31,615 nt of DNA, taken from Thermoplasmata archaeon (GTDB taxonomy: Archaea > Thermoplasmatota > Thermoplasmata > Lutacidiplasmatales > SKW197). The position numbers were made by a program, and so were the translations under genes. The stretch's first letter is position 1, and the number at the start of each line of letters is the position of its first letter. A model generated the notes under the pieces. That model was not told where the DNA came from and ran no database searches. It worked only from the letters and a program-made list of their open reading frames with translations. Below are positions 17,717 to 25,216 of the stretch, in pieces. The DNA is taken from NCBI GenBank assembly GCA_038896575.1, contig JAWACX010000001.1, forward strand, positions 1 to 31,615. Direction: 5' to 3'.

Positions 17717-18931
17717 CATCATCCTTGCAAAAACTGCGGCATCGCCAAGAATGTTCTTGATCCAGGCGTACTCATTGACCTCATGTGCCCTCTCGTCCAG
17801 TGTTTCCCAGACCACGGAGGGAATTCCTTGCTTTCGGAGGATTGCTGCACAGGTGCCACCACCCACACCTACAGGCCTTGGCTTAATACCTCTTAACTCT
17901 GTAATTGCATTTGCCAGCCTTACATAAACCTCAGTTTCTGGCGAGGTTGGTGGTGCTGCAGGCTCCTCATTTACCACCTCAACACTCACCTTCACCCCAA
18001 ACTTTTTCTGGATTTTCCTGCACTGGGTGTTCACATAGGCAACCACATCCTCTGGTTTGTACTCTGGTAGGATTCGCATATCAAAATAGAAAATATCCTG
18101 GCCCGGTATGGTGTTCACATTTGGCACATTCGCCTCCTTTTTTGTCACCTCAAAGGTTGAGGTTGAAGGCTGAAATATTTTGTTTCTGGCATTGAACTTT
18201 CTTTTCAGACCCCTGTCAAGGGCACAGATCAGATATGCACCTGCACGATGGGCATTAATCCCTGTGTCTGGCCTTGAGCCGTGGGTCTGCTTCCCGAGAA
18301 TGCTGAATTTGAGCCAGAGAATAGACTTCTCCGCAACCTCAATCACGCTCCCATCCGAATTCCCGTAGTCAGGCACAACTGCCATGTCCTGGGGTGAGAA
18401 AATGCCCTGGGAGGCAAGAAATTTGAGCCCGTATTTGCTTCCCTGCTCCTCATCCGCTGCAAAAACCAGGCCCATGTTATACTCTGGCTCCAGGTTCAAA
18501 TTTTTAAGAATTCTGGCTGCCATTATTGTGGATACAATCGCCTGTCCATTGTCCTCTGTTCCCCTCCCGTAAAGCTTTCCCTCCTTTTCAGTGCATTGAT
18601 AAGGAGGAGTTTCCCATTTTGAGAGGTCGCCAGGCGGAACAATGTCAAGATGTGAGATAAACCAGATTGTTCTTTCCCTGTTCCTTCCATAAACCTTTGC
18701 CACAAGGTTTGGGCGGTAGTTGTTGCTCACACGCACATCCTTGGCATCATACCAGTTCAGCTCATCAAACCCGAGCTTATCCAGATAATTCACGAGAAAC
18801 TTTGCCTTCGTGTACTCTCCATCCCCTCCGTTCTCCGGTGCAATTGCTGGAATTGCAACGAGGCGGCGCATTAACTCAATACTCTCTCCTCTCAAACTTT
18901 CCGCTGCGGAGAGAATCGCCTCCTTCATCAT
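17711..18931 (-). CDS. M20 family metallo-hydrolase (DapE/ArgE-like peptidase)
   Basis: SHLDIVP, GRGTEDNG, ADEEQG, EKS, HGS, and C-terminal AHEVNE metal ligands. Confidence 0.93.
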   Translation of the reverse strand: MMKEAILSAAESLRGESIELMRRLVAIPAIAPENGGDGEYTKAKFLVNYLDKLGFDELNWYDAKDVRVSNNYRPNLVAKVYGRNRERTIWFISHLDIVPPGDLSKWETPPYQCTEKEGKLYGRGTEDNGQAIVSTIMAARILKNLNLEPEYNMGLVFAADEEQGSKYGLKFLASQGIFSPQDMAVVPDYGNSDGSVIEVAEKSILWLKFSILGKQTHGSRPDTGINAHRAGAYLICALDRGLKRKFNARNKIFQPSTSTFEVTKKEANVPNVNTIPGQDIFYFDMRILPEYKPEDVVAYVNTQCRKIQKKFGVKVSVEVVNEEPAAPPTSPETEVYVRLANAITELRGIKPRPVGVGGGTCAAILRKQGIPSVVWETLDERAHEVNEYAWIKNILGDAAVFARMML

Positions 18932-19473
18932 TCTTCCCCGGCTGTGATCATCTTCAAAAACTCTCTTGCGGTCTCAAGCTTCTTCTTCTTAGGCTGGGGA
19001 TAATCTTCCTTTATTATTTTTATCTCTTCATCCTTTGCCAGCTCAGCCCGCCAGGCCTTTATCTTTGTTTTTGCCCTCTGAATTGCCTTCTCAAACTCAT
19101 TTTCATAACAGGCAGCGCAGAGGGGTGTGGGCAGGTTCTCCGGAAAATGTGCCACATCCACGAACCATCTGGTCTCGTGGTAAAATCTGTATCGGTATTG
19201 AACATCCACTGTGATTTTGTCTGGCTCCGGGGGTATGTGCGGCTCAGGGCATTGATCACAGAATTCGCCACCGCAAACTGAGCATTTATGTCGCCTGTTC
19301 TCCAGCGAGATTATGTTTCCGCATTTCCCGCATCTATCCAGGTCTTCCGTTGGTGCCCCTGTCTCTTTCACATTTATTGGTGAGCCGCAACCTAGGCAAA
19401 ACACCCTCTCAAGATGGTCTGGTGCATCCATTTCCATTCCGCATTTCGGACATTTTACTTTAACCGTCGCCAT
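18928..19473 (-). CDS. Zinc-ribbon plus FYVE-like zinc-finger protein with a C-terminal helix
   Basis: CPKC-x14-CLGC, then CGKC-x12(..RRHK)-CSVC-x4-CDQC-x43-CAAC-Y. Stop overlaps the M20 ATG (ATGA). Start moved from 19548 to 19473 (MATVK). Confidence 0.75.
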   Translation of the reverse strand: MATVKVKCPKCGMEMDAPDHLERVFCLGCGSPINVKETGAPTEDLDRCGKCGNIISLENRRHKCSVCGGEFCDQCPEPHIPPEPDKITVDVQYRYRFYHETRWFVDVAHFPENLPTPLCAACYENEFEKAIQRAKTKIKAWRAELAKDEEIKIIKEDYPQPKKKKLETAREFLKMITAGEE

Positions 19474-19853
19474 TTTCCCAAGCTCCCAGCCTGCATAGAC
19501 AACCATGTAAATAAAATTTTTGGAGATGGGTATTTTATTCACCAACATGATGCTATGGTTGTTTTACGGATTGCTGGCACATCCTTTTTGCCCCACACTG
19601 CTGAACTCTTACTGAAAAAAAAGTAAATTAAACGCAGGATAATAAAATAAAAAATTATTATGCAGGAAGCGATTGCATGGAAAGTTGGCTTTGTAATCTT
19701 TATATACTGCGAAACTCCAGTTATAATCACAAAAGAGTTTCAATCATCCAGCAAGGTATGCATCCCGTTACCTGAGGCAAAAGGGGCCTTTGACACCTAA
19801 AACTCTCTTTTCCGTGAAGGCTTTTTGGGGTGCGAAGCACCCTGAAAGGGTTC

Positions 19854-19926
19854 TGCCGAGGGAGGGAGTTGAACCCCCAAAATGCAGATCTGCAGTCTGC
19901 CGCATTAGCCGCTCTGCCACCTCGGC
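19854..19926 (-). tRNA. tRNA-Cys (GCA), no intron, CCA not encoded, discriminator A73
   Basis: GCCGAGG/CCTCGGC acceptor stem; GCAGA-CTGCAGA-TCTGC anticodon arm; GGGGG-TTCAACT-CCCTC T arm. Confidence 0.95.
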
Positions 19927-19951
19927 ATCAAAAAGAAGAATACAATCCCGG

Positions 19952-19959
19952 ATTATAAA
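19952..19959 (-). promoter_or_regulatory. TATA box TTTATAAT for tRNA-Cys
   Basis: Preceded by purine-rich GAACAAAA; 25 nt upstream of G1. Confidence 0.6.
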
Positions 19960-20023
19960 TTTTGTTCCCTTTCGTGAATTCTAGACTTAATGGGAAAAGA
20001 ATATCTACACCCGGAGATTTAGG

Positions 20024-20575
20024 ATGAATGTGCGGGGCAGTATTTACGAGCGGGAATTGAAGAGAATTCTGGAAGCTGACGAAAAAGAGTTGGAGAGAAT
20101 ATCTCGGCGATGTGGATATGAAACCAGGGCAAATTATCTCTTGCTCAAAAAAATCCCATTTGTGGTTCTCCGTGCTGCTGGCTCTTTTGGAATAGATCTG
20201 GTTGCTGTCCGTGGTGAATTCTCCTTTCCAGTTGAGGTAAAGTCCTCAAGCCAGAAAACTTTCCTTTTCACAGCCCAGTCTGGCAGAGCAAGGGAGCAGG
20301 CAGAGGAAATGGAAAGGGTGTGCAGAAACTCAAATTTGATTCCGCTTTATGCCTATCGCCTGAAGGACGGAAACATTGATGGCGACTCCTGGACGATTTT
20401 TACCCTTGACGGTCTGAATTTTACTGAGGGCAGGAACAGATACCTTTACACAAAGATTCCGAAGGTTGAGAGAACCTCTTCTGGTAACCGTGTGATGTAC
20501 TGGGACCATGGCCTGCCCCTGAATCAATTTGTGAAGTATCTTCACTCCCTGATTTTCCCGGATGAGAGATTATAA
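20024..20575 (+). CDS. hjc: Archaeal Holliday junction resolvase
   Basis: G...ERELK, RAAGS, DLVA, VEVKSS (PD-(D/E)xK nuclease motifs). Confidence 0.88.
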   Translation: MNVRGSIYERELKRILEADEKELERISRRCGYETRANYLLLKKIPFVVLRAAGSFGIDLVAVRGEFSFPVEVKSSSQKTFLFTAQSGRAREQAEEMERVCRNSNLIPLYAYRLKDGNIDGDSWTIFTLDGLNFTEGRNRYLYTKIPKVERTSSGNRVMYWDHGLPLNQFVKYLHSLIFPDERL

Positions 20576-20600
20576 TGGAAAGTCTGAGAAAGGGTTTAAG

Positions 20601-20685
20601 TGCAGGGGGTGAGATTTGAACTCACGAACCCCTATGGGACCAGACCCTCATTCTGGCGCCTTTGACCAAGCTTGACTACCCCTGC
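20601..20685 (-). tRNA. tRNA-Leu (GAG), long variable arm, CCA not encoded
   Basis: GCAGGGG/CCCCTGC acceptor stem; CCAGA-ATGAGGG-TCTGG anticodon arm; type II variable arm; GTGAG-TTCAAAT-CTCAC T arm; A73. Confidence 0.95.
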
Positions 20686-20795
20686 ACAGCAGGGTCCTAA
20701 TTTTACATAAATCCTTTTTGGTATTTATTTTTTACACCGCCTCACCGCACAGAAAACCCCAAATATTTTTCCAATTTCTGTATGGGTGTGCAAGA

Positions 20796-21731
20796 ATGAA
20801 ACTCCGAAGCAACCATGGTGCAGGAAAAAAGAAAAATGCTGCCTATGTCTCAGTTGCATCAAATTCATTTCTCACATTCTTCAAGCTCATTGTGGGAGTA
20901 TTCTCGGGTTCAATCAGCATCATTTCCGAGTCACTCCACTCCCTTAATGACCTTGTAGCAGCATTGATTGCCACCTACGCTGTAAGAATTTCCTCAAAAC
21001 CACCGGACAGGGAACATCACTATGGCCATGGAAAAATAGAGAATGTTTCTGCGTTGCTTGAGGCCTCGCTCATAATTTTTGCGGCAATTTTTATAATCCA
21101 TGAGGCAATAGACAGGATAATTACTCCAAGAGAAATAGTTCTGATGGAGTTGGGGATAGGAGTAATGCTTGTTTCCACACTCCTCAACCTCTTCGTTTCG
21201 GTTTACCTCAGGAAGGTGGCAAAGGAAACAAACTCTGCTGCACTGGAGGCGGATGCCGCCCATCTCAGTGCTGATGTTTACACCTCGCTTGGCGTGTTCC
21301 TCGGACTGGTGGCAATAAGGATTACTGGCTATGTGCTTCTCGACCCAATCATCGCAATTCTTGTTGCTCTCTACATAGTAAAGATTGGAGTTGAGTTAAT
21401 AGTGAGAGCCTCAAAAGAACTCATGGATACTGGGCTGGGCAAGGCGGAGGAAAAAAAGGTGATGGCGATTGTAAATGCTCACAAGGAGAGTTTTGTGGAA
21501 TGCCATAAATTTCGCTCAAGGAAATCAGGGAGCGAGACCTATCTTGACATGCACATTGTTGTTGCAAAGCATCAAACAATCCAGGCTGCCCATGCCCTTG
21601 CAGACCATATAGAGAAAGAAATAGCGAGAGAAATGCCAGGCACCCATGCGATGGTCCACATAGAGCCATGCAACGGCAATTGTGAAGGATGTTCACAAAA
21701 AACCAGATGTGAGAGAAAACTCCAAGGCTAA
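20796..21731 (+). CDS. Cation diffusion facilitator (FieF-like) transporter
   Basis: SESLHSLND, PPDREHHYGHGKIE, ADAAHLSADVYTS, cytoplasmic domain H...D......VHIEP, Cys-rich tail. Start moved to 20796. Confidence 0.92.
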   Translation: MKLRSNHGAGKKKNAAYVSVASNSFLTFFKLIVGVFSGSISIISESLHSLNDLVAALIATYAVRISSKPPDREHHYGHGKIENVSALLEASLIIFAAIFIIHEAIDRIITPREIVLMELGIGVMLVSTLLNLFVSVYLRKVAKETNSAALEADAAHLSADVYTSLGVFLGLVAIRITGYVLLDPIIAILVALYIVKIGVELIVRASKELMDTGLGKAEEKKVMAIVNAHKESFVECHKFRSRKSGSETYLDMHIVVAKHQTIQAAHALADHIEKEIAREMPGTHAMVHIEPCNGNCEGCSQKTRCERKLQG

Positions 21732-21775
21732 GGTTAATATAGGGTAAAGGTATCACAGGATGAGGAGATGAAAAA

Positions 21776-22915
21776 ATGGATGTGTTGATAATCCTGCTTG
21801 CAGTTGTGTTGATTTTGGTGGTGCTAGCAGTTGCAGCCAGTGGTGTGAAAATCATTGCACCTTATGAGCAAGGAATAAAGGTTGTTTTGGGGACCTACAG
21901 GGGTATAATGCAGCCTGGTGTCAACTTTGTAATTCCGCTCATTACCGATGTTATCAGGATGGACCTGAGAACCCAGGTGCTGGATGTCCCGAGACAGGAG
22001 GTGATCACGAAGGACAACTCGCCAACAAATGTGGATGCAATAATTTACATAAAGGTGATTGACCCGAAAAAGGCCTACATGGAGGTTACAAACTACAGGA
22101 TGGCGACAGTCGCCCTTGCCCAGACCACACTCAGGGCGGTTATTGGTGACATGGAACTTGATGAGATTCTCTACAACAGGGCAAAGATAAATGCGAGATT
22201 GCGGGACATTCTGGACGAGGAGACAGACAAGTGGGGTGTTAAAGTTGAGGCCGTGGAAATCCGGGAGGTAGACCCTGTTGGACCCGTGAAGTCAGCAATG
22301 GAGGAGCAGACAGCTGCAGAGCGACAGAGAAGGGCAGCAATCTTGCGTGCTGATGGAGAGAAACGCTCAGCAATTCTTGTGGCTGAAGGTAAGAAAAGGG
22401 CAAAAATTCTTGAGGCAGAGGGCATCAGACAGGCAAGAATCCTTGTTGCCGAGGGCAACAGAATTGGAACAATTCTTGAGGCCCAGGGTGAGGCCCAGCG
22501 GCTCAGAATACTCTCGGTTGGTGCGCTCCCGCTTGACCAGAAATCTCTTACAGTGCTTTCCCTTGAAGCTGTGAAGAAACTCGGAGAGGGTGCCTCTACC
22601 AAGTTTATAATTCCATTTGAGGTGACGAAGCTTGTTGAGGGAGCAGCAGAGTATCTGGGAATTGGCAGGAAAGTTCCTGAGAGGGAGCCAGTTAAAGTTG
22701 AAGAAATTGAGAAAACAGTGGGCAAGGTAGAGGATGTCCTCGGCCCGATTCCAAAGCACTCCGAAATAGAGAGCGAAATAAGTGAGCTTGACAGAGAATT
22801 CAAGAGGGAAGCGGAACAGACAGACCTGCTAACAAAAACAGGGCCAGAGAGATTTCGTCCCCCCGAGGAGATACCAGAGAAAAAGCCTGTGAAAAAGGAG
22901 AGGCTCTCAAGTTAA
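21776..22915 (+). CDS. SPFH / band 7 (stomatin/QmcA-like) membrane protein
   Basis: N-terminal TM helix, DLRTQVLDVPRQEVITKDN, AER.RRA.IL.A.G repeats; GAGGAG SD. Confidence 0.93.
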   Translation: MDVLIILLAVVLILVVLAVAASGVKIIAPYEQGIKVVLGTYRGIMQPGVNFVIPLITDVIRMDLRTQVLDVPRQEVITKDNSPTNVDAIIYIKVIDPKKAYMEVTNYRMATVALAQTTLRAVIGDMELDEILYNRAKINARLRDILDEETDKWGVKVEAVEIREVDPVGPVKSAMEEQTAAERQRRAAILRADGEKRSAILVAEGKKRAKILEAEGIRQARILVAEGNRIGTILEAQGEAQRLRILSVGALPLDQKSLTVLSLEAVKKLGEGASTKFIIPFEVTKLVEGAAEYLGIGRKVPEREPVKVEEIEKTVGKVEDVLGPIPKHSEIESEISELDREFKREAEQTDLLTKTGPERFRPPEEIPEKKPVKKERLSS

Positions 22916-23901
22916 TTTCCCTTTTCAATCTCTTTTATTAGAATCTCTGTGAATTTCTTTGTTCCCGTCTCTCCCCCTATATCCTTTGTTTTTACTCCTG
23001 AAGCATAAACAGCTTTGATTGCTCTGCGAATCCTATTTGCCTCTTTTTCCATCCCGAGATAGTCCAGCATCATTGCACCAGAGAGTATCATTGCTGTTGG
23101 ATTAGCCATATCTTTCCCTGCAATATCTGGTGCACTTCCATGAACAGGTTCAAACATTGCATAGCCCTCACCAATATTTGCAGAGGGGGCAAACCCGGGA
23201 CCACCAGCAAGTCCTGCAGCAAGGTCGGAGAGAATATCTCCGTAGAGGTTCAGGGTAACAATAACATCAAATGTCTCGGGAGAGGTAACGAGTTTGAGTG
23301 CGCAGGTATCCACATACATCTCCTCCCATTCTATCTCCGCTCTCGCCATCCTCTCCCTGAAAATCTGGGAGAAAAGACCATCTGTCTTCCTTAGCACATT
23401 GCTCTTGTGCACACAGGTAATTTTTCTCCTCCCATGGTTTCTTGCATAATCCAGCGCAAAATCAATTATCCGCTCACAAGCCTCACGAGTTACAATTTTT
23501 GCGGCCAGTGCATAGCTCCCATGAAACTCTTCCAGCCCCACATAAAGGTCTTCTGTGTTCTCCCTGATTATCACGATATCTATCTTTGGTCTTCCGGGAA
23601 TCAGGGGAACCACCGGACGGAGATTTGCATAAAGTTTCATTCCCTGGCGAATTGCCAGAAGAGGAGAGCGGTAATCCTGGGTTTGGGGTGTGGTTAGAGC
23701 CCCAAAAAGACAAGCATCTGTTTCATGCAAGAGCTGCACAGTCTCCTCTGGCAGATATTTCCCGCACCTTCTATAGGCACTTATTCCTATTTCTGCAGGA
23801 AAAAATTTCAGCCTATCCGTTACTGTTTTCAGCACTTTAAGGCAAGCACTCATTACCTCAGGACCGATGCCATCACCAGGAAGCACGCAGATCTTCTGCA
23901 C
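22912..23901 (-). CDS. Beta-decarboxylating dehydrogenase (isocitrate/isopropylmalate family), homoisocitrate-dehydrogenase-like
   Basis: PGDGIGPEV, LFGALTTP...Y.SP...IR...LYANLRP, RENTEDLY, HKSNV, NLYGDILSD, EPVHGSAPDIAG. Confidence 0.88.
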   Translation of the reverse strand: MQKICVLPGDGIGPEVMSACLKVLKTVTDRLKFFPAEIGISAYRRCGKYLPEETVQLLHETDACLFGALTTPQTQDYRSPLLAIRQGMKLYANLRPVVPLIPGRPKIDIVIIRENTEDLYVGLEEFHGSYALAAKIVTREACERIIDFALDYARNHGRRKITCVHKSNVLRKTDGLFSQIFRERMARAEIEWEEMYVDTCALKLVTSPETFDVIVTLNLYGDILSDLAAGLAGGPGFAPSANIGEGYAMFEPVHGSAPDIAGKDMANPTAMILSGAMMLDYLGMEKEANRIRRAIKAVYASGVKTKDIGGETGTKKFTEILIKEIEKGN

Positions 23902-23956
23902 GGAAATACCAAAAACCGTATATATTCTTATGTCTTACTGATAAACGGTGTAAGAA

Positions 23957-25216
23957 ATGGGTGACAGATTTCAGGAATTATTTTCCCAAAGGGCAAGACA
24001 GATGAAAGCGTCTGACATAAGGGAACTTTTGAAGCTTGTCCAGCAGCATGACATAATCTCCTTTGCAGGAGGTCTCCCAAATCCCCAGGCTTTTCCAGAG
24101 GAGGAAATAAAGGAGATTGTGAAGGATATTATGAACAATAATGCAGGAGTGGCTCTCCAGTACGGGCCAACAGAAGGGATTAAGCCCCTGCGCCAGAAAA
24201 TTGCCGAGAGAATGGAAAGGAAGGGTGTGAAATGCGAGGAATCCGATGTCCTTGTTGTTTCCGGAAGCCAGCAGGCACTTGACATAATTTCAAAGATATT
24301 TCTGAATAGAAAGGATATAGTAATTACAAGTGCACCAAGCTATCTTGCAGGGCTGAGCGCCTTCATGAGCTACGAAGGGAATGTGGAGCAGACTCCAATG
24401 GACAGCCAGGGTGTTCTGACAGATGTGCTCCGTGATAGAATCCATGCAATTCACAGACATGGTGGCAACATAAAGTTCATCTATGCGCTCCCCACATTCC
24501 ACAATCCTGCTGGTGTCACAATGCCAGAAAAGAGAAGAAAGGAAATGCTGGACATCGCAAAGGACTATGACCTGCTGATTGTGGAGGATGACCCCTACAG
24601 CGAACTCAGGTATGTGGGTACCGACATAAAGCCAATAAAGGCATTTGATGACGAAGGAAGGGTAATCTACACGAGCACTTTTTCCAAAATTCTGACACCA
24701 GGATTGAGGGTTGGCTGGGTTGTTGCAGACCCAGAAATCACAAGGAAACTCACGATTGCAAAACAAGCTACTGACCTCTGCACGAGCACTTTCAACCAGT
24801 ACATTGCATATGAGTACCTTGCAAGGGGCTACATAGATAAGCACATTCCAAAGATAAAGGAGCTTTACGGAAGGAAGATGAAAATCATGCTGGATGCAAT
24901 GAAAAAATATTTTCCGAAGAGCGTGAAATGGACAGAACCAGAGGGTGGGATGTTTCTCTGGTGCAGCCTACCAAACGCAGGGAAAACTGACACGAGGGAA
25001 ATGCTGAAAGAGGCACTTGTGGAGAAGGTGGCCTTCGTACCGGGTAGCGGGTTCTATGTGGATGGAAGCGGAAAGAACTGCATGAGGCTGAATTTCACAC
25101 ATCCAAGAGATGAGGATATTGTGGTGGGTGTAAAGAGGCTGGCAAAGGTGATTGAGAAGGAACTTGCGAAGGCAAAAGAGTACAAGTTTCTGGATACCAC
25201 ACCAATTGGTGTTTAA
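23957..25216 (+). CDS. Class I/II PLP aminotransferase (2-aminoadipate / aromatic aminotransferase, LysN-like)
   Basis: ISFAGGLPNP, QYGPTEG, PTFHNPAG, EDDPY, TFSKIL.PGLRVGW, GGMFLW, RLNF. Confidence 0.9.
   Translation: MGDRFQELFSQRARQMKASDIRELLKLVQQHDIISFAGGLPNPQAFPEEEIKEIVKDIMNNNAGVALQYGPTEGIKPLRQKIAERMERKGVKCEESDVLVVSGSQQALDIISKIFLNRKDIVITSAPSYLAGLSAFMSYEGNVEQTPMDSQGVLTDVLRDRIHAIHRHGGNIKFIYALPTFHNPAGVTMPEKRRKEMLDIAKDYDLLIVEDDPYSELRYVGTDIKPIKAFDDEGRVIYTSTFSKILTPGLRVGWVVADPEITRKLTIAKQATDLCTSTFNQYIAYEYLARGYIDKHIPKIKELYGRKMKIMLDAMKKYFPKSVKWTEPEGGMFLWCSLPNAGKTDTREMLKEALVEKVAFVPGSGFYVDGSGKNCMRLNFTHPRDEDIVVGVKRLAKVIEKELAKAKEYKFLDTTPIGV

Noticed and set aside
18928-19473. LysW-like amino-group carrier (N-terminal zinc ribbon, C-terminal Glu, next to an M20/LysK-family gene)
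   Set aside because: It lacks the EDWGE terminus (ends TAGEE), is about three times longer than LysW, and no lysX ligase is nearby.
19539-19730. 63-aa hydrophobic ORF (-) in the intergenic region
   Set aside because: GTG start without an SD or TATA at the proper distance. The hydrophobicity follows from the A/T-rich sequence.
19737-19771. CRISPR-repeat-like 35-mer (minus strand ends ATTGAAAC) next to an AT-rich stretch
   Set aside because: Single copy, no spacer-repeat periodicity, no internal hairpin and no cas genes in the window.
19500-19926. Integrated element or att site at the tRNA-Cys 3' end
   Set aside because: I found no duplicate of the tRNA 3' end in the window beyond an 8-nt chance match, and no integrase.
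20648-20654. tRNA-Leu anticodon loop with A32 (ATGAGGG)
   Set aside because: A purine at 32 is uncommon, but the rest of the tRNA is canonical. A single position cannot be judged without comparative data.
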